Assembly (NCBI GenBank): GCA_964557535.1
Contig: CAZLAD010000002.1
Coordinates: forward strand, 85,560-149,559
Reading direction: 5' to 3'
Origin: an uncultured Candidatus Saccharibacteria bacterium
Lineage (GTDB): Bacteria; Patescibacteriota; Minisyncoccia; Phycocordibacterales; CSBR16-119
Length of the DNA stretch: 64,000 bases
In this document: one piece after another, positions 1-10,723 of the stretch
How the letters are laid out: every line of letters starts with the position of its first letter
How positions within the stretch are numbered: the first letter of the stretch is position 1
The notes under the pieces: generated by a model
Databases searched by the model: none
The model's input: the letters and a program-made list of their open reading frames with translations, nothing else
Told to the model about the DNA's origin: nothing
Position numbers and translations under genes: made by a program

Positions 1-47
1 AATCTCTAACGGGACAAGTAACCCCAAGTATATACAAAAATAGCCTT

Positions 48-1919
48 TTATTCCACCGTTACGGATTTGGCCAAACCTTCGGGCTTGTCTGGATTTTTAC
101 CCTTCAGAACCGCCAACTCAAAAGCCAATATTTGAAGAGGTATAACATTAACAAACGGTGAAAATTCCTCTTTGACTTCTGGCATTTCAATGTGTACCGT
201 CGCCGGAATATTTGCCTTATTTCCCCTAGTCACAAGAGCGATGATCGGTGCTCCGCGCGCCTCAGCTTCTTTTATATTAGAAATCATTTTATCAATCTGT
301 GAAGACGAAGTGGCAATAGCAACAACCGGCATATGTGCACCCAAAAGACCGATTGGGCCATGCTTCATTTCTGAGGCAGCATAACCTTCGGCATGAATCC
401 CGGCGATTTCTTTGATTTTCAGAGCACCCTCAAGCGCTATCGGATAAGAAACGCCTCGTCCCAGATAATATGCGCTCGTAGCGTCTTTTAAAATGGAAAT
501 TGCCCGATTAATACTTTCTCTGTTCATGGAAACAACTTCATCAATATAAATTGGCAGTGACTGAAGTTCCTCGAACATTTTTTGATAAACATTTTTCGAG
601 AGATTTCCATTAATTCTAGCCAAGTGCAAAGAAAGCATCATGGCAACAGTCATCTGTGCCATAAAAGCTTTTGTCGAAGCAACGCCGAGTTCTCGTCCTG
701 CACGCAAAAATATTCCCGCATCGGTCATTTCAGCCAAATGAGACCCTTCGACATTACAAATCCCAAGGATTATGGCGCCGAGTTCCTTGGCATGTTCAAG
801 AGCCCCAATAGTATCTGCGGTCTCACCAGACTGAGAGATCCCAATAACAATACTTCCTGGACCAACCATTGTTTTTCGATACCTAAACTCACTTGCAAGT
901 TCCACGCTTACAGCAATACCGGCAATTGCCTCGCACCAATATTTAAAAAGTAGCGCAGAATTATAGGAAGTGCCATGCGCTACAACATAGATAACAGACG
1001 CTTGTGCCAAAACTTTTTCGTATTCTTTGATCCCACCCAAAACCACTTCCATGTCCTTATGATGCAACCTGCCCTGTAAAACATTTTCAATCATGCGTGA
1101 TTGTTCGTGAATTTCTTTATCCATCCAAAACTTATATTCTCCTTTTTCAACAGCATACAGAGTGGATTCCAGGTGTTTTATTTCAGGAATCTCTTCTTCC
1201 CCCGTACGGGAATCTTCTACTGTATAACCATCTTTGGTCGCAGTAATAATTCTGTGTGATGGAACAACGACATACGTTTCTGTATAATGTGCAAATGGAT
1301 AAACTTCCGAAGCAATGAAAAATTCCTTTTCACCGTCGTGTTCACCCACTCCAATACGCATGGTACGACCTCTAACCGCACCAACAAATGTCTCGGGTTC
1401 ATCAAGCGACATAACAATAAAAGCAAACGTTCCCTCTACTTGACCTAGTGCCAAACGAACGGATTCTTTTAGATTTTTATTTGATATTTTTTGGATGTAC
1501 TCAATCCAATTAACTAAAATCTCCGAGTCAGTGTCAGAAGCAAGTTTTAGTTTCTTGCCAGTTTCTTTCTCGATTGTTTCTTTGAGTGATAAATAGTTTT
1601 CTATGATTCCATTATGAACAATTATTAACCGTTGATTTTGGCTTAAATGAGGATGAGCATTGCGATCTTCGGGAGCACCATGGGTCGCCCAACGATTGTG
1701 CCCAATGGCAATGTTGGATTTCATGGATTCGTGATCGTGAACAACAACTAAAAATTCTTCTAGACAATCTTCGCCACCCTTTTTCCTAATTAAAAATTTA
1801 TCACCAGAAGCGATAGCAATCCCGAAGCCGTGATACCCTCTAGTCTCCGCCCTTTTTAGAGCGTCGATAACAATATCCGGGGCATTTCTCTTACCTATAT
1901 ATCCAATAATTCCACACAT
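48..1919 (-). CDS. glmS: glutamine--fructose-6-phosphate aminotransferase
   Basis: N-terminal MCGIIGY class-II amidotransferase motif, two C-terminal SIS domains, ends KSVTVE. ATG at 1919; the ORF track extends to a TTG at 1937. Confidence 0.93.
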   Translation of the reverse strand: MCGIIGYIGKRNAPDIVIDALKRAETRGYHGFGIAIASGDKFLIRKKGGEDCLEEFLVVVHDHESMKSNIAIGHNRWATHGAPEDRNAHPHLSQNQRLIIVHNGIIENYLSLKETIEKETGKKLKLASDTDSEILVNWIEYIQKISNKNLKESVRLALGQVEGTFAFIVMSLDEPETFVGAVRGRTMRIGVGEHDGEKEFFIASEVYPFAHYTETYVVVPSHRIITATKDGYTVEDSRTGEEEIPEIKHLESTLYAVEKGEYKFWMDKEIHEQSRMIENVLQGRLHHKDMEVVLGGIKEYEKVLAQASVIYVVAHGTSYNSALLFKYWCEAIAGIAVSVELASEFRYRKTMVGPGSIVIGISQSGETADTIGALEHAKELGAIILGICNVEGSHLAEMTDAGIFLRAGRELGVASTKAFMAQMTVAMMLSLHLARINGNLSKNVYQKMFEELQSLPIYIDEVVSMNRESINRAISILKDATSAYYLGRGVSYPIALEGALKIKEIAGIHAEGYAASEMKHGPIGLLGAHMPVVAIATSSSQIDKMISNIKEAEARGAPIIALVTRGNKANIPATVHIEMPEVKEEFSPFVNVIPLQILAFELAVLKGKNPDKPEGLAKSVTVE

Positions 1920-1988
1920 GAGTATGATTTTACACAAAACAAACCCCTTTTAAAAGGCAGAAATCTATCACTTTTAAATAACAAATCT

Positions 1989-2026
1989 GTATCATTTTTG
2001 TGGACGACCGTCCACAAAAATGATAC
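1989..2026. repeat. 38-bp near-perfect palindrome GTATCATTTTTGTGGACG-AC-CGTCCACAAAAATGATAC (copy 1)
   Basis: Seen directly. Abuts the stop codon of the wHTH-Cas2-like gene. Confidence 0.85.
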
Positions 2027-2028
2027 GC

Positions 2029-2613
2029 CTACAGATCAAATATTTTCTTCAATCTTTTTTCATTCTCTATATAACTTGTTTCCAAATAAATCACCTCTTC
2101 GACGAGCTTCGTGTCGGTCTTTATAAGATCGATCAAACCTTCACTTTTGTATGGGTACACCCACACGCTTGTTTGTAAAAGTCGAAACCCAATTTCTTGG
2201 AGTTTTCGACGGAAACGATTTCTACTCCCGCGACTTTTCTCCGGCACATCATAGACAACTACTCGCCATTTACCATCCCATTCTTTTTTGATTGGAATCT
2301 TATAGATATTCTTAAGATATGAGTCCCCTTTGTCTGTGATTTCCACATAAACTTCCCCACCACGAACACTCCTTTTTAAAAGTCCGAGCTTTATCAGTTT
2401 TTCCATCGAACGCTTGGCGCGAAAAATATGAGAGCGATTATCTCCAAGTTTTAGATTTTTTAATATCTTAATGGCGTTTGGCGCCATCATCGTCATACTC
2501 AACATCCCAGCAGTATAAATAGTCCGAAGCAAAACTTCCTGCCAATTTATTCTGTCTTTCCCTGCATATTTCGGCAATTTTATTTTCTTACGTCTTTCAC
2601 CACCCTTACTCAT
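2029..2613 (-). CDS. winged-helix DNA-binding domain fused to a Cas2-like domain (putative regulator)
   Basis: The N-terminal half has wHTH-like features (GLLKRSVRGGEVYVEITDKG wing). The C-terminal half WRVVVYDVPEKSRGSRNRFRRKLQEIGFRLLQTSVWVYPY follows the Cas2/VapD-fold pattern (VxxYDV..RRR..kL...G.R.Q.SVf). Long palindromes flank it on both sides. Confidence 0.55.
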   Translation of the reverse strand: MSKGGERRKKIKLPKYAGKDRINWQEVLLRTIYTAGMLSMTMMAPNAIKILKNLKLGDNRSHIFRAKRSMEKLIKLGLLKRSVRGGEVYVEITDKGDSYLKNIYKIPIKKEWDGKWRVVVYDVPEKSRGSRNRFRRKLQEIGFRLLQTSVWVYPYKSEGLIDLIKTDTKLVEEVIYLETSYIENEKRLKKIFDL

Positions 2614-2620
2614 TTTTTAA

Positions 2621-2662
2621 ATGTAACATTTAGTTGGACGACCGTCTAGTTTAATGTGACAT
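2621..2662. repeat. imperfect palindrome with the same GGACGACCGTC core (copy 2)
   Basis: 15 of 20 arm positions are symmetric. Lies 8 nt upstream of the start codon of the wHTH-Cas2-like gene. Confidence 0.6.
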
Positions 2663-2691
2663 AACTATGTTGAAAAATTAAAATAAAAGCC

Positions 2692-2943
2692 CTATTTAAA
2701 AGGCATTAAAAACGAACGAAGCCCCGACGCATTTGCGTGGGGCTTCGGCATGTAGTACTTACCCCGTGGGGTTTCCTTTTGTTGTCTTGGGTTTTGTTCG
2801 ATCTTCAAGTTAAAGTGCTTGCTCCAATAAGGCGCAGTCACCAATACGAGGAAGAGAAGGACGAAGAAAACCAAGATTCCAGTGTATTCGTTTGGCTCGG
2901 GTTTGATTCCAAGCTTTTTGCTAATTCCGTATCCTGGTCCCAT
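2692..2943 (-). CDS. small membrane protein (hypothetical)
   Basis: 83-aa ORF with a central hydrophobic helix. Its 3' end runs through a terminator hairpin (2711-2748) and the stop codon lies in the U-tract. Confidence 0.4.
   Translation of the reverse strand: MGPGYGISKKLGIKPEPNEYTGILVFFVLLFLVLVTAPYWSKHFNLKIEQNPRQQKETPRGKYYMPKPHANASGLRSFLMPFK
2711..2748 (-). terminator. terminator GAAGCCCCGACGC-AUUUGC-GUGGGGCUUC plus U-tract
   Basis: Overlaps the 3' end of the small membrane-protein ORF. Confidence 0.6.
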
Positions 2944-2978
2944 GTGCGCTTGTTTTAAACAAAAATATTATAAATGTT

Positions 2979-5069
<2,091 letters not shown>

Positions 5070-5133
5070 TTACCGCATTTTTAGCTTATTGTGGAGCAAA
5101 ATCTAAATTTTCTAAATCCCAATAACTTGTTAA

Positions 5134-5265
5134 GCGAAACGAAACCATTCATGAAAAGGACTTTCGGAGGCGAGCCTGCCTTTTGAAGGACAGGCTCGCC
5201 GAGAAGGAACGGACGGCCATTTACAGGCCGTACCGTGTGCCTTTTCATGAATGGCTTCGTGGAGC
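5134..5265. repeat. GC-rich multi-hairpin element A, closed by a roughly 20-bp outer stem
   Basis: Outer stem CGAAACCATTCATGAAAAGG / CCTTTTCATGAATGGCTTCG. Inner hairpins GGCGAGCCUGCC-UUUUGAA-GGACAGGCUCGCC and ACGGACGGCC-AUUUACA-GGCCGUACCGU. Confidence 0.6.
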
Positions 5266-5297
5266 AATTTAATAAGTCAAATTTTTAAGCGGAGTAA

Positions 5298-5366
5298 GGC
5301 GGGGCTTTTGAAAGTCTGAGGACGTAGTGCAAAGACACGCTCCCGCGGGACTTGAAAAAGCCCCGC
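5298..5366. repeat. GC-rich hairpin element B with conserved 33-nt core
   Basis: GGCGGGGC...GCCCCGC closing stem. Core GAGGACGTAGTGCAAAGACACGCTCCCGCGGGA is shared with the element at 52684-52773. Confidence 0.65.
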
Positions 5367-5380
5367 TTTGCGAAGCCTTT

Positions 5381-5860
5381 TTAGTAGGTTACTTCGATTA
5401 CACGCTCAACGGTTCTCTCAGTATTTTCTCCGCACGGAGTATTTGTCCCCTTTGAAATAATTCGAACTCCGCCAAATGGATCAATCTTATCGACGGACAA
5501 ACTCGCACAAGTAGAAGACGTTCCATCAGACAAAGGAATTTCAAATGTCGCAACAGACGGTTGTAAATAATTTACTTCGATAGCAATGCCCGCACAATCT
5601 ATCCCATTAAGTCCTTGACCAAAAGAATTGACGCGCAAATCGTGATAAAGCGCACACTCAACTCCAGAGTCAGCCGCATAAAAGGATTTATTGGCATCGG
5701 TTGCCGATCCAGACAAAACAACTTGCTTGAGCGAAATATTGGCAATACCCACCGCCATCGCCAAAACAACAGAAGCCAAAAGGACGGAAAAAAGCGCCAC
5801 AAATCCGCCAGATGATTCACTGCTCGCTTGGGATTTTAAATTTTTTAATGAGATTTTCAT
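5381..5860 (-). CDS. membrane-anchored Cys-containing protein at the distal end of the pilus operon (possible minor pilin-like)
   Basis: N-terminal SSGGFVALFSVLLASVVL hydrophobic segment resembling a prepilin leader but lacking Glu+5. Four Cys in the extracellular part. Confidence 0.45.
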   Translation of the reverse strand: MKISLKNLKSQASSESSGGFVALFSVLLASVVLAMAVGIANISLKQVVLSGSATDANKSFYAADSGVECALYHDLRVNSFGQGLNGIDCAGIAIEVNYLQPSVATFEIPLSDGTSSTCASLSVDKIDPFGGVRIISKGTNTPCGENTERTVERVIEVTY

Positions 5861-5876
5861 AATTTATAAATTTATT

Positions 5877-6542
5877 TTATGGATTGATCCAATTCGAAAG
5901 ATTATATTCGTAGGAAACACTATGAGTTTTCGTACCCTGTATCCAATCCACTCGTGAAGTCACAGTAATTTCCGACGGAGAGATACTTTCGATTGATATG
6001 CTTCTGGTAAAAATTGAAGCAAAAGAGTCCAGTCCATCAATCGAATCATAACTAAAGTGACCAGAGCTTTCTGTGTAGGTCATCGGCGGACAACCTTCAT
6101 TAGGACAAGCAACCGGAGTACTGATCGTCCAAGGATCAACGTAACAAAACTCTGAAGAGATACAATAATCAAGTTCAGATAAAACGGCAGACCATCCGCC
6201 AGATGGATTTGAAATCGATACTGTGTCTCGAATGTTGTGAATCAATTCTGCGCCCTCCATGGCCAAGTAACCAGCCGTAAATTTATTTTTCACAAAATTT
6301 GTATTAGCAATTCCCGAAGCCGTAATAGCGATTAGACCCGTGATTGCTGTGGCAAATATAGCCACGGCGACGAGTGTTTCGATAAGGGTGAATCCGCGCA
6401 CCAAATTTGGTTTATTTTGTGTATCTCCGAAGAAACTGCCATGAGGATTTTTCTTTGAATTTGGTGTTCGGATAAATCCGCGCGTAAAATTCGCATTTTC
6501 TGAATCGGTCTTTATTGTTTTTTTATTTAAAGGAATATTCAT
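5877..6542 (-). CDS. type IV pilin-like / pseudopilin protein
   Basis: Prepilin cleavage-methylation motif RGFTLIETLVAVAIFA (G-1, F+1, E+5). Start taken at MNIPLNKK (6542) rather than the track start 6701, which overlaps the upstream gene. Confidence 0.75.
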   Translation of the reverse strand: MNIPLNKKTIKTDSENANFTRGFIRTPNSKKNPHGSFFGDTQNKPNLVRGFTLIETLVAVAIFATAITGLIAITASGIANTNFVKNKFTAGYLAMEGAELIHNIRDTVSISNPSGGWSAVLSELDYCISSEFCYVDPWTISTPVACPNEGCPPMTYTESSGHFSYDSIDGLDSFASIFTRSISIESISPSEITVTSRVDWIQGTKTHSVSYEYNLSNWINP

Positions 6543-6552
6543 AAATTTAATA

Positions 6553-7284
6553 TCAAGGACCAGCCGGACCAGCAGGACCAACCGGTCCACCGGTTGAGCC
6601 AGTACCAGTGGTTGTAGTAGATCCGTTGTCTGGTATAGAAACAACATCAAGCACACGCTGAGACACTGTCGTCTGCATATTAAAATCTGTCTCGGCGCCA
6701 CTTAAATTTACAGTACCGACCAAAATGATGGTTATGGTTGGTTGTTTGCCGTCATCTATCTGCGAACCATCGACGATGAAGCCAGATTTATCTGGATCTA
6801 TGTATATCTCCGGTGGAGTAATTGGAACCATCGTCCCAGAAGCAAAGTTGAGATTGTTATAATCTTTTTTCCAAATAATGCCACCGTTTATATAATAAGC
6901 GACTTGATTATACGGATCAGCTGATGAATATTGCCAATAAGGTTCAAAAGAAATACTTTCACACGGACCAAAGCTTGGGTTATCTGGACCATCGTTGGTC
7001 AATGGACCAGATGAAACACTATAAACATCGTTATACGTAACTGCACCAGAATCCACACAAACAAAGTAATTCCCCAATCTCATCGAGCGGGCCATATCTT
7101 CCATGATAAAGCTCATGTTGTCGATGATGGCGCGCATGGACTGGGTTTTTCTACTCGTGGTATTCACACCCAGCACCGCACCGATACCAACAACCATGAT
7201 CACCGTAAACAAACCAATAGAAATCATCACTTCCACCAAAGTAAATCCTTTCTCGTATTGTTTTTTGACTGTTGCACGCTTCAT
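6553..7284 (-). CDS. type IV pilin-like protein with collagen-like Gly-Pro C-terminal tail
   Basis: KGFTLVEVMISIGLF prepilin motif. C-terminus ...GTGSTGGPVGPAGPAGP. Confidence 0.8.
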   Translation of the reverse strand: MKRATVKKQYEKGFTLVEVMISIGLFTVIMVVGIGAVLGVNTTSRKTQSMRAIIDNMSFIMEDMARSMRLGNYFVCVDSGAVTYNDVYSVSSGPLTNDGPDNPSFGPCESISFEPYWQYSSADPYNQVAYYINGGIIWKKDYNNLNFASGTMVPITPPEIYIDPDKSGFIVDGSQIDDGKQPTITIILVGTVNLSGAETDFNMQTTVSQRVLDVVSIPDNGSTTTTGTGSTGGPVGPAGPAGP

Positions 7285-7293
7285 GATTTTATT

Positions 7294-8034
7294 TTATCTG
7301 ATGTTTATATATCCCGAAGACCAAATAGAAACGTATTTGTGCGATCCTGACGGAGAAGTAATTTTCAAGAAAACATTGTTGTGTGGTGATACACCACCAT
7401 CATCCTGTGCGCCGTCTAGAATTATCGGGTTACCGCGCGGACGAGTAAAAGAGATAAAAGCTTGTGTACCCAAAACACCGTCGCAAGACAAACCAACGTA
7501 CTCAAAATCAAAACAAATCATGTCAATCACGTCACCGGAAGTTATCCTGATTTCTTCTAAACACTCTGATTCGGCACCAAGTCCGAAGCATCCTTCATAA
7601 GTCGATTCCGTAGTATCCCAAAAATCCCTATCGATCTCTATAACATTTGGATCGAGAACGGAGTTTTTGTTGAAATAATAAACGAAACCTTTGCCGGCCA
7701 AATCCCAACCATTTTGCGTATCTGTCTGAAATGCAATACCGTAACTCGGTTTCCAATCAAGAGGAGTTGACTGAATACTTCCGGGCGGAAATACTGGCAA
7801 ACTTCCAGACACCGCATCGGTCTGCGCACGCTTGATCTGCAGAGCAATATCCTGAGCTAAATTTTGCAAAGACACGTTGTTACTAAAATTTCTGTAATTG
7901 AAAAGTACGGTCGAAGAAATAGCCGCAAATATTCCCATCACGACAACAAGCTCAAGGGCGGTCATGCCCTTGTTTGTTGAAACGCTTCTATCAGAAGCGA
8001 GCCTGATTATTTTTTTATAAAAAAATCCAAACAT
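7294..8034 (-). CDS. type IV pilin-like / pseudopilin protein
   Basis: KGMTALELVVVMGIFAAI prepilin-type N-terminus after a basic leader. Confidence 0.75.
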   Translation of the reverse strand: MFGFFYKKIIRLASDRSVSTNKGMTALELVVVMGIFAAISSTVLFNYRNFSNNVSLQNLAQDIALQIKRAQTDAVSGSLPVFPPGSIQSTPLDWKPSYGIAFQTDTQNGWDLAGKGFVYYFNKNSVLDPNVIEIDRDFWDTTESTYEGCFGLGAESECLEEIRITSGDVIDMICFDFEYVGLSCDGVLGTQAFISFTRPRGNPIILDGAQDDGGVSPHNNVFLKITSPSGSHKYVSIWSSGYINIR

Positions 8035-8855
8035 TAGAACAAACTTCCAAAGAATACTCCAATGGAAGACATATCAACATTATACAAGAACGCTACTATT
8101 GCGCCTACAATAATAAATGGTCCAAATGGAATTTGATCGCTTGGTTTCTTGCCATAAATAATCATGAGCGCGATACCAAAAACAGCGCCAATCCAAAAAG
8201 CCAAGAGAAGTCCAGCAAATCCATAAGATAGTCCGAGAATCCAGCCAATTGGCAGAGCAAGTTTTACATCGCCAAAGCCCATTCCTCGCCCACGTGTTAT
8301 CGCCCACAAGACAAAAATCGGCAAAGCAAGAATCGGTCCAGCAAGAAATCCCAAAAATGGCAGTCCCCCATAAACAAGCGGAATAATGGACAAAATCATA
8401 AGCGGATAGACGAAATCGTTTGGAATTATCTTGTGACGAAAATCATAGACAAAAATCAAAATCAGAAAACTGTAAACAGTAAAGTAGAAAATGATGTTGA
8501 GCAAAAACGATTCGGGTCGCAAGTAAAGAAGCGGTAGAAAATGCGACACAATTGCCACAAATCCCACTCCAGTAAAAAACTCTACGAGCGGATACTGCAA
8601 AGATATACGCGCGCCACCGTGACGAGTTCGACCACCTTGGATGATATATGAAATGATCGGAATAAGCTCAAACCAACGCAAAGGCTTGCCTGTAACAGCA
8701 CATTTTGATCGGCCACCAAGACCTCGACCAGTACCATAACGCAAAACTACGACGTTTAGAAAACTTCCGATAATTGAACCAAATACAAAAATAAAAATAG
8801 ATGTAACTAAAGACATGCCTAAAGTATAACCCAAAAAGACTTGAAGGGTTATCAA
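8034..8855 (-). CDS. pilD: prepilin peptidase (A24 family)
   Basis: GSFLNVVVLRYG and Cys-containing N-terminal region, FGDVKLALPIGWILG aspartyl-protease motif, 7-8 TM helices. The real start may be M14 (8816). Confidence 0.88.
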   Translation of the reverse strand: MITLQVFLGYTLGMSLVTSIFIFVFGSIIGSFLNVVVLRYGTGRGLGGRSKCAVTGKPLRWFELIPIISYIIQGGRTRHGGARISLQYPLVEFFTGVGFVAIVSHFLPLLYLRPESFLLNIIFYFTVYSFLILIFVYDFRHKIIPNDFVYPLMILSIIPLVYGGLPFLGFLAGPILALPIFVLWAITRGRGMGFGDVKLALPIGWILGLSYGFAGLLLAFWIGAVFGIALMIIYGKKPSDQIPFGPFIIVGAIVAFLYNVDMSSIGVFFGSLF

Positions 8856-8867
8856 ACCTGGTGAAAA

Positions 8868-8900
8868 ACAAAAACCCCGCCGAAGCGGGGTTTTTGTTTT
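8868..8900 (-). terminator. terminator AAAACCCCGCCGAAGCGGGGUUUUUGUUUUUU
   Basis: Immediately downstream of the major pilin gene. Confidence 0.85.
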
Positions 8901-8913
8901 TTAAGACAATTAA

Positions 8914-9417
8914 CTAAGGGGTTGGTTCACATCTGTACGGATCACTTGAAGTTCCGGCTCCTGCAATAGAATAATCAGTCGTAGCGGTTCCTCCTCCGGC
9001 AAAACCCTGAGAATCTACACAAAAGAATGTACCGTTTGCAAGCATTTGCATGTGAGCGGCCCAACTACCGTTATTAGAGTTGCAGTCGGCACCAGCGAGC
9101 GGACCATTTGAGCTGTTATCCCATTGTCCAACTTGTTTTGCGGCCGCTTCGAACAAGCCGTAAGGGTCAGATGTTGGAACGTTACAAACATCGTTATAAG
9201 AAAGAGTATCATCAAACATAATCTCCGCTTCGGCGCGCATGGAGGAGAGACTTCCCTTTGCACCAGCGTCACGGCCCTTGCTTCGAGCCGTTCCCAGAGA
9301 TGCGAGAACGATTGAGGCGAGGATACCGATGATCGCGACCACGACCAAAAGTTCAATTAGAGTGAAACCCTTCGCGTTGCTCAGGGCCTGCGGCCCCTTT
9401 TTAAATCCAAATTTCAT
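8914..9417 (-). CDS. major type IV pilin
   Basis: [21 protein letters not shown] canonical class III signal. 167 aa with C-terminal Cys pair. Followed by a strong terminator. Confidence 0.9.
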   Translation of the reverse strand: MKFGFKKGPQALSNAKGFTLIELLVVVAIIGILASIVLASLGTARSKGRDAGAKGSLSSMRAEAEIMFDDTLSYNDVCNVPTSDPYGLFEAAAKQVGQWDNSSNGPLAGADCNSNNGSWAAHMQMLANGTFFCVDSQGFAGGGTATTDYSIAGAGTSSDPYRCEPTP

Positions 9418-9514
9418 ATTAAAAAATTTCGTTAGTTATGCTTATAAATTTTTAGATGACTTTATTATATCACGCAATGGATTGGTCAATACAACCAAAA
9501 GACAAATCTGTGGA

Positions 9515-10717
9515 TTAAGCGATCGAACTTGCAATGTTGTAAATCGGCACCAAAATAGAAGTTAGGAGAATTCCAACCCCAAGACCGAGAAGCACGATCA
9601 TCGCTGGCTCAATAAGACCAATCAATGTGTCAACCGCGTCGTCGACTTCGCGTCGATAAAAATCCGCAAGAGTTTTTAGAATTGATCCAAGTGAACCCGT
9701 CTCTTCACCGACTTTAATCATCTGCACCATTATTGATGGGACCTCGACATGTCGCCCCATGGCTTCGGACAAAGTCTTTCCGGATTTTACTGATTCCAAC
9801 GCTTCTCTTAGGATAACTGTGTAAACTTGATTGCCCACCACATCAGCTGTGATTTCAATAGCCCGAACGATTGAAATACCCGAAGAAAGCATCGTGTTTA
9901 AGTTGTCAGAAATACGCGAAAGATACATTTTTTTGTACAAATCACCGATAAGCGGAAGAGAAATTTTGAGATGGTCCAAGTACTGTTTTCCCTTGTCACT
10001 TCGATGAAACCAGAAAAGGTAAACGATAAGTGCTACGAAAAATATCGCAATGAAAATTCCATAATTGACCAAGAAGCTACTTATGCCGATGATGATACTA
10101 GTATAGATGGGAATTTCTTGACCAGATTCGAGCAAAAGCTGTGACAGGTTTGGGATGACCATCGTAAACATAAGAAGCATAACGGTGATAAACACCACGA
10201 TAACAAATGCCGGATAAATCAAAGCGTTGCGAGTTTTTGAAGTCAAATTATACTGTCGATCCAAATACTGAGCCAAATATTCAAAAGTTTCGTTTAGTTT
10301 TCCAGATTCTTCACCGGCTTTTATCATGTTTACATAAAATTCCGAGAAAGTGTCAGGGTGCTTGGCTAATGCGTCAGATATGGACGAACCTGCCTGTAAA
10401 TCGTCACTAACTCCGCGCAACTGATTTGCCAACATTTTGTTGTCGGCATTGTCGGAAAGCATGGTAAAAGCTTTCAAGGCCGAAATTTGTGAGGAAAAGA
10501 GTGTGGCGAGTTGTCGCGACATGACCACCACGTCACGAAGCGGTACCCGATCAAGAAAAGTCCCTCTCAAAAAAGATTTGCTTTCTTCTCCTTTGAGCGA
10601 CACCACGATAAATCCGCGTCGCTGAAGTGCAGAAATTGCCACGGTTTTATTTAGGGCATCAATTGAACCGTCTTTTTTCTTCCCTTCTTGGTCTAGGACT
10701 TTGTATTTGAATAACAT
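9515..10717 (-). CDS. pilC: type IV pilus assembly platform protein PilC (GspF family)
   Basis: Two GspF repeats, three TM segments. 400 aa. Confidence 0.9.
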   Translation of the reverse strand: MLFKYKVLDQEGKKKDGSIDALNKTVAISALQRRGFIVVSLKGEESKSFLRGTFLDRVPLRDVVVMSRQLATLFSSQISALKAFTMLSDNADNKMLANQLRGVSDDLQAGSSISDALAKHPDTFSEFYVNMIKAGEESGKLNETFEYLAQYLDRQYNLTSKTRNALIYPAFVIVVFITVMLLMFTMVIPNLSQLLLESGQEIPIYTSIIIGISSFLVNYGIFIAIFFVALIVYLFWFHRSDKGKQYLDHLKISLPLIGDLYKKMYLSRISDNLNTMLSSGISIVRAIEITADVVGNQVYTVILREALESVKSGKTLSEAMGRHVEVPSIMVQMIKVGEETGSLGSILKTLADFYRREVDDAVDTLIGLIEPAMIVLLGLGVGILLTSILVPIYNIASSIA

Positions 10718-10723
10718 AAATTT

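Noticed and set aside
2737-2958. 73-aa plus-strand ORF overlapping the small membrane-protein gene
   Set aside because: It is antisense to a better-supported ORF and crosses the terminator hairpin.
5134-5265. Element A as SRP (4.5S) RNA or 6S RNA
   Set aside because: It folds as three hairpins inside a closing stem rather than a single long hairpin. The domain IV consensus (GGUCCGGAAGGAAGCAGCC) is not matched beyond a GAAGGAA fragment. It is kept as an unclassified repeat or RNA element.
9464-9494. Promoter for the major pilin (TATAAT with TTGACC or TTGTAT upstream on the minus strand)
   Set aside because: The -10 is perfect, but the only -35 candidates give 14- or 19-nt spacers. It is plausible but not clean enough to list as a feature.
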